A stretch of DNA of 64,000 bases, from the IMG/VR virus record IMGVR_UViG_3300041411_000178, positions 62,001 to 126,000 of that record. One strand, written 5' to 3'. The notes below the pieces were generated by a model. That model had not been told where the DNA came from, ran no database searches, and worked only from the letters and a program-made list of their open reading frames with translations. The number at the start of each line of letters is the position of its first letter. Within the stretch, counting starts at the first letter, position 1. Below are positions 9,587 to 18,522 of the stretch, one piece after another. Made by a program: the position numbers and the translations under genes.

Positions 9587-11580
9587 TGGCCTTGCAAATT
9601 AACCTACGGGAGTTTGCTAACCTGCCTGAACACCAGGTATTGCGTTGGCGTGGTTTCCGTATGGCCGTTGAGGTCACGGATGACCAAGGGGAAAAGGTGC
9701 TGAGTGATAGTTATGCCATGCTGCTAACCTGGCAAGGCATGATGATTCACCGGCAATACAACAACGTACCGTACTCCGTTAAAGAGATCATCCCAACTGG
9801 CAAGAGCGTCGTGTATAACAACAAGACGCTCGCTATTCCGATGAACTGGATCATGGGTGAGATTGGACCCACCATTCATGATCCAGTGGAATGGGATTCA
9901 ATCAAGATGACCATTCACATGTGGCAGACCAAGCTTAACAACTTGATCGTGGTCATGAGTGAGACGTCGGTTATCTCGGCGATGGCGGAATCGGTAGACG
10001 ACCTGATCGAAGATCCGGGTATCCGCGAGATCCACCGCAAGGTACTCGATCGGGAAGTTACGATTGACGAAGGGGAAGAACTGTTCTCTGTTTACCTGAA
10101 GACGTCCGAGACATTGGATTACAACACGGTAGCCTTGCTGGCACGTACGGGTGGTGTGAGTATCAACCAAGCGTATCAAACGGCGATCATTCGAGGTGCA
10201 GTATTCGACCTTGATAACACCATCATGCCAAACGCTGTTATGGCGCGGTATGCGGATGGTGTGACCAACCTGGCAGACGCCATTGGTGATAACCGTGGTG
10301 CGGGTAAGGCACTCAACAGTAACGGTCGTGCACTGAAAGACTCGGAATGGTTTCACCGGAAGATTCACTTGTTCACGGCGATTATCCATTCCATCGGTCA
10401 CATGGAAGACTGCGGCTCGCTCGACACCGTGCCGCTGCGCATTGCGTCGACTGAGATGGCTAAGAGCCTGCTGGGTTCTTATCGTGTCCTGGAAGACGGC
10501 GCACTGGATCTGATCACAGCGCATAACTTCAAGTTGATCAAAGCAGGCGAGATCGTCAACCTGCGTAACGTGGGCTTCTGTAACAGTCCAAGTGGCACAC
10601 CGTGTGGCGTGTGTTATGGCATGATGAAGTCCGCCATCCCGTACAACCGGATGATGAAGAAGGATGCCAACATCGGCATGTTTGCCGGCACCACGATCTG
10701 TAACCCATTGGGTCAGAAAATGCTGTCGACCAAACACTTCATCCGTAACGCCACGAGCAAGAAGTTTGTACCTCATCACCGGGACAAGGAGATCATCCGT
10801 TCCAACGGCGATCAAATCTTCCTGGAGAAAGAGCTCTGCAAGGAAGGGACGCGACTGATTCTTAAGTCGACCATTGTGAAAGATTTGTCTGACCTGCGTT
10901 CCTTGGACATCATGGACGAGATCGCACTCAGCAAGTTGCCTTACTTTGGTGAAGTCACCTTCCAATATGAGGTGGAAGACATCATGGTGGGCGGTACCAC
11001 CACTCAGCAACATCCAGCGCAGACATCTGTATCGTCTCGCCGTGCCCGCTTTTCTATGGGATTCCTCCAGTATATACTGGACAATGGCTGGACCAACCAG
11101 GATAAGAAGTTTATCTCGGTTGATCTGTCCAAATGGAACAGTGAAGACCCTATGTTCGTGTTGCCCTATGTCCGTGAGGACTTGGACGCACACCGGGCTC
11201 GGGTGGAAAACTTCCTTACGTTCAACAAACGTAACGCGGCGTGGAAGAAGCAAGTTGTTACTCCGAAAGTCTTCGGGGAAGTCCTGGCCGAGTTCTGGTC
11301 GTTGATCGATGCTGAAACTAAAGGCATCAACATGATCTACGTCTCTGTGATCTTGGCTTGTGCGCTGACTAAGGATCCAGCGAATCATTCGTATAAGCTG
11401 GCAACCGGTCCTGGTGATAAGTACTTCACCAGTTTTGTAACCTGTGTGGACAACCGCGGTTCGGGTACGATGTCGATCTTTGAACGGCAGCAAAACATCC
11501 TGAACCTTCCGAAAACCTTTGCGGTTAAAGACCGTCAACCAAGTGTGCTGGAGTGCTTCCTGCAACACGCGGTGTCATAA
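9586..11580 (+). CDS. rpoC: Non-virion RNA polymerase beta' subunit, C-terminal part (phiKZ gp74-like)
   Basis: 664 aa. Bridge-helix-like ALKDSEWFHRKI, EDCGS, zinc cysteines (CNSP..PCGVCYG) and trigger-loop-like GMFAGTTICNPLGQKMLSTKH. 1-nt stop/start overlap with the beta gene. Confidence 0.9.
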   Translation: MALQINLREFANLPEHQVLRWRGFRMAVEVTDDQGEKVLSDSYAMLLTWQGMMIHRQYNNVPYSVKEIIPTGKSVVYNNKTLAIPMNWIMGEIGPTIHDPVEWDSIKMTIHMWQTKLNNLIVVMSETSVISAMAESVDDLIEDPGIREIHRKVLDREVTIDEGEELFSVYLKTSETLDYNTVALLARTGGVSINQAYQTAIIRGAVFDLDNTIMPNAVMARYADGVTNLADAIGDNRGAGKALNSNGRALKDSEWFHRKIHLFTAIIHSIGHMEDCGSLDTVPLRIASTEMAKSLLGSYRVLEDGALDLITAHNFKLIKAGEIVNLRNVGFCNSPSGTPCGVCYGMMKSAIPYNRMMKKDANIGMFAGTTICNPLGQKMLSTKHFIRNATSKKFVPHHRDKEIIRSNGDQIFLEKELCKEGTRLILKSTIVKDLSDLRSLDIMDEIALSKLPYFGEVTFQYEVEDIMVGGTTTQQHPAQTSVSSRRARFSMGFLQYILDNGWTNQDKKFISVDLSKWNSEDPMFVLPYVREDLDAHRARVENFLTFNKRNAAWKKQVVTPKVFGEVLAEFWSLIDAETKGINMIYVSVILACALTKDPANHSYKLATGPGDKYFTSFVTCVDNRGSGTMSIFERQQNILNLPKTFAVKDRQPSVLECFLQHAVS

Positions 11581-11582
11581 CT

Positions 11583-11608
11583 CGAAGTCTCCCTTAGGGG
11601 GGACTTCG
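11583..11608 (+). terminator. Hairpin after the beta' gene
   Basis: Stem CGAAGTCTCCC/GGGGGACTTCG, loop TTAG, T-rich tract downstream. Confidence 0.55.
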
Positions 11609-11639
11609 GTCCTCCCCTAATGTTTTTGAGGCTTTTGGT

Positions 11640-13976
11640 ATGAGGCATTCCGCCACGTTATCCACGGGTCACACTTATCTGCGAATCTTTGGGTACTACG
11701 GCGATTTCTGTGCAAAGGTAATCATCCCTTTTTGCCGCGCTCATCTGTACAAGACTGGTAAGGTTCCACTGCCAGGCACCAATAAACAGGTTTGGAAAGT
11801 GACCCACGTGTTCGCTCAGTCTAACCACGACAAAACTGAGTACCGCATTCCCGTGAGCTTAATGAAGGAATTCATTGAGTTTGCACAATACCGGGGTTAC
11901 AACACTTCCCGGATTGCTATTCAAACAGAACCAGAGATCGAAGGTGCAGATTGTGAGTTTCAACTGCGCCCTGAAATGTCCACTCCCCTGCCTGAACAGG
12001 AAGAGTGGATTGAGTACCAGTTAGCAGAAGGTGCCATCAAGATCAACAACGCCCCTACGGGCGGTGGTAAGGCGCTGGCCAATGATACACCGGTCAGAAC
12101 CATCCACGGTTGGCGTCCTATTGGTCAGATCAAGGTTAATGACCTTGTCATGGCCCCTGACGGCTCCCACACGTACGTTACAGGCGTTTTCCCACAAGGG
12201 AGAACACGGACTTACCATCTGATGTTTGAGGACCGCAGATCGATTGTGGCGTGCCCTGAGCATCAGTGGGAAGTTCGGGCTGAAGGTGAGACCGAATGGC
12301 AGGTACTGACTACGCAACAATTGGTAGACAGTGGCAAGACTTGGTACATTCCGTTAACCGCCAGCGAACGCAATCCTGACCGTGGGGATATCATCGAGCC
12401 TTACCTGATTGGCAAGACTGATCGGATTCTCGGTGAGAAGTATTTGGAAGGTTCTCACTCTCAGCGGATGGCGTTGTTACGCGGTTTGCTGGACAATGGG
12501 GGTGAACCACAACGTGACGGTTCGATTGTCTTCAAGACCGAATACGGTATCACTGCCAAGATGGTTCGTGATCTGGTTCGGAGCATTGGGGGGATTGCAG
12601 AAGCCAAGTTCAAGAAGTTTAAGAACTCGGTTATCCTGCGGCATCGGACTCCGGAGATCCTCTTCACTGATGAAGCGAAGCAGGACAAGTTGCGGAACTC
12701 GGAGAATCGGGATCTGGCATTAAAGATCCTGCAAATCACCGAGGGTAATCCAACCGAGACCACCTGCATCGCTGTAGAGCACCCTAGCCACTGTTTCGTG
12801 GTAAAGGACTACATTGTTACCCACAACACCTACATGAGTCTCTACACGGCCGTGCAGCTCGGCAAGCGGATCCTCATTACGGTACAGCCACGTTACATCA
12901 CCACCTGGATCAATGACATCGAGAAAACGTTGATCACGAAGCCAGGCGACATCGTGGTGTGGGAAAACGCTTCGCTACCGTTGCTGGGGGAGAACATCGA
13001 GAAGGGGATCCTCAATCCCAAGATCGTTATTGTTCCATTCTCTCGGATCTCGGGCTACCTGCGTAACAATCGCAAGGATCCTCATGCAGTACCGCTTGGC
13101 AAGATCTTTGAACAGATCAACCCGGGCCTGCGTATTGTGGATGAGGGACACGAATCGTTCCACGAGATCTGTCTGTCGCTGTTCCATGGCAACGTTAAGA
13201 AGTTGATTACCAACTCGGCTACATTGAGTGGTGATGATCCGTTCATGAACCGGATGTACAACTTGATGCTGCCAATCAGTCTCAGGCTTAAGGAACCTGA
13301 TCCCGAGAACTACATCGACATTGTTGCTTACATGTATCACTTGTGTCAGCGCAAGTACTTCTTGAAGACGATGCAGTTTGGCAGTTATAACGACATGGCG
13401 CTGGAGGCGTCGATTCTGCGCAGTCCGGTGTTAACGGAGTTCTACTTCAAGATTGCGGACAAGATGTTCCAGGAGTATTACATTGGGGTAGGTAATCCCG
13501 GTGAGTACGGCTACATTCCTCCCATACGGGAAGAGGGTACCAAAGCGTTGTTCTTCTTCTCACGGATTGAGATGTGTGAAACCATGCTGGCTATGTTCCA
13601 GCGGAAGTACCCACACTTGGACTTCTGTACCTTCCTCGGTACCAAGGACAAGAAGACACCAACGAAGTACCTGGAGCACGAGATCGTTATTACCACACCG
13701 GGCAGTTGCGGTACGGGTAAGGACATCCCAGGTCTGGTCAGGACGTTCTGTTTCCACACGGTCTTCTCGACGCAACGGAACAAACAAATGATCGGGCGCT
13801 TGCGTCAGTTCCGTGGGAAGTTCTCTCACTTCATTGGTCGGATCACCCCAATGTTTATCTTTGCGTTCTGTAACGACATCGGTAAGCACCAGGAGTGTTT
13901 CCAGAAGAGACGCATTGCTTTTGCCAGTAAGGAAAAGGACTTCAAACTTATTGAATCTAACTGCTCGCTCAATTAA
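11640..13976 (+). CDS. SF2 DExH helicase (phiKZ gp75-like) interrupted by an intein
   Basis: Walker A APTGGGK/T split by a 252-aa insert. Walker B IVDEGHE, motif III SAT and motif VI QMIGRLRQ are present. Confidence 0.88.
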   Translation: MRHSATLSTGHTYLRIFGYYGDFCAKVIIPFCRAHLYKTGKVPLPGTNKQVWKVTHVFAQSNHDKTEYRIPVSLMKEFIEFAQYRGYNTSRIAIQTEPEIEGADCEFQLRPEMSTPLPEQEEWIEYQLAEGAIKINNAPTGGGKALANDTPVRTIHGWRPIGQIKVNDLVMAPDGSHTYVTGVFPQGRTRTYHLMFEDRRSIVACPEHQWEVRAEGETEWQVLTTQQLVDSGKTWYIPLTASERNPDRGDIIEPYLIGKTDRILGEKYLEGSHSQRMALLRGLLDNGGEPQRDGSIVFKTEYGITAKMVRDLVRSIGGIAEAKFKKFKNSVILRHRTPEILFTDEAKQDKLRNSENRDLALKILQITEGNPTETTCIAVEHPSHCFVVKDYIVTHNTYMSLYTAVQLGKRILITVQPRYITTWINDIEKTLITKPGDIVVWENASLPLLGENIEKGILNPKIVIVPFSRISGYLRNNRKDPHAVPLGKIFEQINPGLRIVDEGHESFHEICLSLFHGNVKKLITNSATLSGDDPFMNRMYNLMLPISLRLKEPDPENYIDIVAYMYHLCQRKYFLKTMQFGSYNDMALEASILRSPVLTEFYFKIADKMFQEYYIGVGNPGEYGYIPPIREEGTKALFFFSRIEMCETMLAMFQRKYPHLDFCTFLGTKDKKTPTKYLEHEIVITTPGSCGTGKDIPGLVRTFCFHTVFSTQRNKQMIGRLRQFRGKFSHFIGRITPMFIFAFCNDIGKHQECFQKRRIAFASKEKDFKLIESNCSLN
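12072..12827 (+). mobile_element. Class 3 intein (252 aa) with degenerate LAGLIDADG endonuclease
   Basis: Begins ALANDTPV and ends IVTHN before Thr+1. Block B CPEHQW, block F TTCIAV, block G VTHN; LLRGLLDNGG and VRDLVRSIGG are endonuclease remnants. Confidence 0.88.
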
Positions 13977-14008
13977 TATGGGCGAGTATCCCTAAACGGA
14001 CAGTTGAT

Positions 14009-14449
14009 ATGCACAAATACGCAAGCGGTAAAAAGACTGTCACCAAGGCTGTGATACTGGAGTGCCACTGCCTTGGGTTAGCCGGGGATCTGGTGCGTAC
14101 AGTTGTTGGTGAATCCATTTCTGATTTTCTGCTGAACCTAACCGACGTTGATGCTCGCATCGATGACGAGTGGTACTATTCGCTTCTGAGAGATCGTCTT
14201 TACAACGACGACGGAGAAGTGATCTCCTGGTGGTATTCCGAACAGGAGAAGTTGATGTTTGAACGGGACCCACACGGGCACCTGATGTTGTACGGAAACC
14301 AGGTAAGTGGGTATCTGGAATCCATCGCGGCTGATAACGAGGACACTATTAACATGATCTACGCCAGCATGTCGCTGGAGGAAATCACTGTGAGTAGCAT
14401 TGCCCTCAAAGATAAGCTTATCCTTCTTGTGAGAGGAAAACAACCATGA
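14009..14449 (+). CDS. Hypothetical acidic protein
   Basis: 146 aa, overlapping the next start by 4 nt. Confidence 0.6.
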   Translation: MHKYASGKKTVTKAVILECHCLGLAGDLVRTVVGESISDFLLNLTDVDARIDDEWYYSLLRDRLYNDDGEVISWWYSEQEKLMFERDPHGHLMLYGNQVSGYLESIAADNEDTINMIYASMSLEEITVSSIALKDKLILLVRGKQP

Positions 14450-14823
14450 TGACGAAAAGTCACTTCATTCCTACCCCGGGCATTGAGCAACTCCCGCACT
14501 ACTTCATTATCCAGAAGTTGATCGAAGAACGCATTCGGTCGATTCTCCAGGGTGACAGTTTTGTGGACAAGTCGCACTTCCTGGTGGGCCACTACACCAC
14601 GATCCCGACGAACCTGACCACGCCGGAGCAGGTGACCAGCTACACCAACGAGATGGCGAAGACGGTGCTGGATACCTTCAAGGAGTTCGAGAAGAATCCG
14701 GAATACCACGATGCCATCCTCCAGCTCAAGCCGTACGAGAACACGATGTTCCAGATCATCAGCACGACCTACGTGGGCGTTCAGGTCCTGCTGAAATTCG
14801 AAGATAAGGACATGGCGAGTTAA
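14446..14823 (+). CDS. Hypothetical protein
   Basis: 125 aa, GAGG upstream, phage-typical codon bias. Confidence 0.7.
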   Translation: MMTKSHFIPTPGIEQLPHYFIIQKLIEERIRSILQGDSFVDKSHFLVGHYTTIPTNLTTPEQVTSYTNEMAKTVLDTFKEFEKNPEYHDAILQLKPYENTMFQIISTTYVGVQVLLKFEDKDMAS

Positions 14824-15383
14824 TGCTCTCATTCATCCTTAAGCTAGACCCTGAAACCCGAGAGGAGCTTTACTCAGATGTTGCGGTAGAGTTCCTCGAC
14901 TTGATTATGTTGGAGGCAATCTTTGTCATCTTTCAGATGGCGAACCCGTACGACTATCCACTGGTAGACGATATCGAATACCTGGCGGATGATCCGGACT
15001 CACAGTTCGAGGCTTCAGTAGAGTATCTGCTGGGCGTCTTGGCGGAAACGAATCCGATGGACGGGGTGCTAACGCCCAACGTGGAAGACTTGGTCGAATA
15101 TGACCCGGGTTACCGCGATGCCATCATGATCAAGTTGGGTGCAGCGGTTGATGCGATTAACGCCATGAACGATCCTTCTGAAATGGCAGCCATCAAGAAT
15201 ATCTTGTCGCAGCCTGGTTTCCAGAAGCGATTCAAATTCAACTCCCTGCATTTGAACGATCGAGTGGTTTACAGCATTTCTCCTGACGCGCTGGACTCGT
15301 TGGGGTTGCCGACCATTCCTCGGATAGGCTCTTTGATCGGTGGTGTGACCGCTGATGGATTGCCTGTTTTGCCTTTATGCTGA
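14823..15383 (+). CDS. Hypothetical acidic protein
   Basis: 186 aa, 1-nt stop/start overlap, ends just before a hairpin. Confidence 0.7.
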   Translation: MLSFILKLDPETREELYSDVAVEFLDLIMLEAIFVIFQMANPYDYPLVDDIEYLADDPDSQFEASVEYLLGVLAETNPMDGVLTPNVEDLVEYDPGYRDAIMIKLGAAVDAINAMNDPSEMAAIKNILSQPGFQKRFKFNSLHLNDRVVYSISPDALDSLGLPTIPRIGSLIGGVTADGLPVLPLC

Positions 15384-15388
15384 TACTG

Positions 15389-15430
15389 TATAACCCTACC
15401 CATCCCCGCGAAGGGATGGGTAGGGTTATA
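15389..15430. terminator. Bidirectional terminator between convergent genes
   Basis: 18-bp perfect stem TATAACCCTACCCATCCC/GGGATGGGTAGGGTTATA, loop CGCGAA. Confidence 0.85.
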
Positions 15431-15448
15431 TAACAGCTTTATTTTTTG

Positions 15449-16750
15449 CTACTTGATCGCAGTGGCCAGGTTCAGCTTGGTGCGCTTACGACCCGCCTGG
15501 TGGTGAGCCTTCATACGTTGCAACATGAACTCGGTTGGTACCCGTACAACTTCTGCCGAGAGACGGGAAGCGAACTTCGCCAAGCCTTCACCCAAACAGA
15601 TCTTGCAGTAGTTACCCTCAGGGGTCATGCAGAACTGAGGCACACGCATCAGGATTGGTTTACCGATCAGCTTCTCGGCGTCTTCAGGAGTGATAAGGAC
15701 AGCTTCCTTACCCTTCATGTAGTAACCGCCCACCCAGCTGAAGGCGTTCTCTTTAACCAGGGTCATCTCTTCAGTACGAGGAGTGCCACAGTCAACACCT
15801 TCGACCTTACCACGACCCACAAGACGCAGGGTTTCTTTTACCTGGCTACCACCTTCACCGGTTGCCATGGAACGCGAGTACGCACCGGCTACCGCGGCGT
15901 TGGTCTGTACCACGACCTGCTCAGGGTCAAGCCCTTCATCCAGACTACGAGGCAGTGCGATCCATTCACCAGTCTCTTCGTCTTGTTCAATGCCGAACGC
16001 AATGAACATCCGTTTACGCGCAGTGTTGATGAACTTGTCATTGATGAAGAAGTTCTTGCTCTCTCCTTTGAGCATTTCCTCCCGGTCCATTTGAACCAGT
16101 TCTTCAACAGCCGCTGTAAAGGCCACAGGGTCGTTTATCTTGCCTTCGGCCCTGAGCTTGGAGAAGAGCTCGTCTTTACGCTTAAGGACCGCTGGAGAGA
16201 TCGACAGGGCGTCTACGCCACCTGGCTTAACGAAGAACGAACCCAACCCTTCCAGGTAGTAGCAGTTCTCGGTAAACTTCAGGCAGTCATCGACAGAAGC
16301 CTTGTCATCCGGAATGGTTTCCCCTTCCTTGGGGTTATCGACCATCAGACGATTGATGTGACCCTCAATGATCTTCTTGGTGAAGAACTGATTGACGTAG
16401 TCCACCTTACCCATGAAAGGTTCCCACCACAGCACGATGTTGAACAACATCAGGCCGAAGGTAGAGTCAATAGGCTGGCCCTTGAGCATTGGGTGAAAGT
16501 CGCCCGGGAACGAATACTTATCGTCCATCACCGCAAAGGGTTGGTTCACATCACCGTCGAGTACAACCGTGTTACCCTCGATAATGGCATGAAACTTACC
16601 CTTCTCTACGAAGACCGTCCAGGGAATCTTCTTGAAGGCCCCAGAAGACTCCTCGTCCTCGAATTGAATCGAGATGATGGACTGTACCGCTGCCTTGTTG
16701 GCATAGCCCAGGTTGTTAAACCAGAGCTTCAGAAACTCGATCTTATTCAT
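15449..16750 (-). CDS. rpoC: Virion RNA polymerase beta' fragment (phiKZ gp80-like)
   Basis: 433 aa. Bridge-helix-like GAYSRSMATGEGGSQVK, DCGT, MRVPQFC and YCKICLG. Confidence 0.82.
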   Translation of the reverse strand: MNKIEFLKLWFNNLGYANKAAVQSIISIQFEDEESSGAFKKIPWTVFVEKGKFHAIIEGNTVVLDGDVNQPFAVMDDKYSFPGDFHPMLKGQPIDSTFGLMLFNIVLWWEPFMGKVDYVNQFFTKKIIEGHINRLMVDNPKEGETIPDDKASVDDCLKFTENCYYLEGLGSFFVKPGGVDALSISPAVLKRKDELFSKLRAEGKINDPVAFTAAVEELVQMDREEMLKGESKNFFINDKFINTARKRMFIAFGIEQDEETGEWIALPRSLDEGLDPEQVVVQTNAAVAGAYSRSMATGEGGSQVKETLRLVGRGKVEGVDCGTPRTEEMTLVKENAFSWVGGYYMKGKEAVLITPEDAEKLIGKPILMRVPQFCMTPEGNYCKICLGEGLAKFASRLSAEVVRVPTEFMLQRMKAHHQAGRKRTKLNLATAIK

Positions 16751-17648
16751 TGGTCAGGTCCAGTTGCCCGATCATCTTCTCAATGGCCAACAACGCCAAG
16801 TGATCCGTTGTGATCTCGTTAACGAGGTCCAGGAGTTCGTCACGAAGGGTATCGCTGTTCAACTCACTGATGAGATAGAGGGCCATGACCTCCTTACCGT
16901 AGAGGATTTGATTATCCATCGACGGGTAATCGAGGAGCTTAACCAAGTCCGTCTTGAAGAACGTCAGGTACGTCTCTACAGGGCTGCCTACGGCGCCGTT
17001 GTTGATAACGTGCTCATAGGCCAAGGTTCCATCAATCAGTGCTCTGTTGGCCCTTACACGCTTGATGATGTTAATAGGAATCCCTTCATCGACGTCGCCA
17101 GTCAAGAGGCTGTCACGGATGGCCTTTAAAGTCACCTCGCTAACATCTTGTAGTAGCAACTCGTAATTGACGAGGGACACATCGTCACCCATGTATTTCT
17201 GGAAAATCAGGAGGAAGCGGTCAACAGGGGGAATATCAAAAGAGTCCAGAATGTTACCCAGACCAATGACGTCTTCATATTGCTCCATCTCGTGGAAGAA
17301 TTTGCCAACATGGATAAGTTCCTCCGCTCGCTCGTGAGTCACTTCGTCGAGGTTGATGATAAACCCCAGACGGGACAACACGTCGATTATATTGTTGGTA
17401 ATCAACTCGTAGATTTGTTTCTTTTTGAGGGGGGTATCAAAAGTCTCATCCACGAGGATTTCGGTAATTACGTTTTGCAGCAATGACTCGGGAACATCAG
17501 ACAGAATTAAATTGAACCCGTCGGTCAATATTTTAGCTTGGGGGTCGGGTATAGAGGCCTTGAAGTCAACCCAGATACCACCGATGAGCGTGGCGGCGAG
17601 GTCTTCTTCCGCTGGCGTCATCGCCACTTCGTCAGTCTCAGTAAGCAT
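16743..17648 (-). CDS. Conserved hypothetical, probably virion-associated protein
   Basis: Start moved to MLTETD (17648), which has AGGA upstream. Overlaps the vRNAP gene start by 8 nt. Confidence 0.7.
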   Translation of the reverse strand: MLTETDEVAMTPAEEDLAATLIGGIWVDFKASIPDPQAKILTDGFNLILSDVPESLLQNVITEILVDETFDTPLKKKQIYELITNNIIDVLSRLGFIINLDEVTHERAEELIHVGKFFHEMEQYEDVIGLGNILDSFDIPPVDRFLLIFQKYMGDDVSLVNYELLLQDVSEVTLKAIRDSLLTGDVDEGIPINIIKRVRANRALIDGTLAYEHVINNGAVGSPVETYLTFFKTDLVKLLDYPSMDNQILYGKEVMALYLISELNSDTLRDELLDLVNEITTDHLALLAIEKMIGQLDLTNE

Positions 17649-17689
17649 TGGGACTTTCCTAACGTTAGTTAAACAGGGAATCATAGCAT

Positions 17690-18499
17690 ATGTCTACCAA
17701 ACAAGCACACAAGAAAGCAAAGCGTGCTGCGGCCTCGAAACAGAAAAGAAAGCAGGCTAACGTTGAACGCAACACTACCCAGTTCCTGATGGGTCGTCGT
17801 GAAACGGCTCGTTTCGAAAAGTCACCTGAAGGCAAGGAAGCATCCGAAGCGCGTCTGCGCTATGACATCGCTACCAAAGGTGTCGTGCAGACCGCTCTGG
17901 ACCTGAAGAAAGACATCGACGCAGTCAAGTCGGAACTGAACAACATCGAGGTGCTGAAAGGCATCAACGAAATGATCCCGATCCTGGGCAACATTCACGG
18001 CGTTCTCGAAGTCGTCACCAAACTGGTCGACATGAAGAAGACCGAGCTGACCGAAGAAGAAATGGCACTCGTTGTTCACTTCGACCGTCAGATCGTTGCG
18101 GTGGCCGAAGACGTTCACGCGATCTTCGAGTTCATCAACAAAGAACAAGAAGTGGACGAGTACATCTCCATCTTTGTTCACTACACCGACACCCTCGCCG
18201 AAATCATGCAGTTCGATATCCCGGCTCTGATGGACGGCGTACTGCGTCCGCGTGAACTGCTGATCAACGAATACGTTGCTGAGCACAAACACGAAGGCGA
18301 AAACAACTACGACTTCGGCATGCGCCTGCACGGCGAACGTATCAGCCGCGTGCAAGTCCTGTACCGCACTATCCCAGTCAGCGACGCCGCTCCTGCCGGT
18401 GTGCCTGTTGAGCCACCAGACGCTTACGAAGATGTAGCTGCTGGTGTGTTGCTCGAAAAGGATTCGTTCGAAGACGTCTCCGCCCGGCAAGTTAACTGA
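17690..18499 (+). CDS. Hypothetical helical protein with K/R-rich N-terminus
   Basis: 269 aa, N-terminus MSTKQAHKKAKRAAASKQKRK, strong codon bias. Confidence 0.75.
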   Translation: MSTKQAHKKAKRAAASKQKRKQANVERNTTQFLMGRRETARFEKSPEGKEASEARLRYDIATKGVVQTALDLKKDIDAVKSELNNIEVLKGINEMIPILGNIHGVLEVVTKLVDMKKTELTEEEMALVVHFDRQIVAVAEDVHAIFEFINKEQEVDEYISIFVHYTDTLAEIMQFDIPALMDGVLRPRELLINEYVAEHKHEGENNYDFGMRLHGERISRVQVLYRTIPVSDAAPAGVPVEPPDAYEDVAAGVLLEKDSFEDVSARQVN

Positions 18500-18522
18500 T
18501 CCCTTACGCAAGGAAGTAGTAC

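Noticed and set aside
7562-11568. 599-aa and 556-aa - strand ORFs
   Set aside because: Antisense shadows of the RNAP beta and beta' genes.
7409-11580. Group I intron or homing endonuclease in the nvRNAP genes, as in some relatives
   Set aside because: Both ORFs are continuous and of expected size, with no HNH/GIY-YIG ORF or frame break.
12072-12827. Intein as an active homing element
   Set aside because: The first LAGLIDADG motif appears deleted and the second lacks the catalytic acidic residue. It is kept as an intein but not called mobile.
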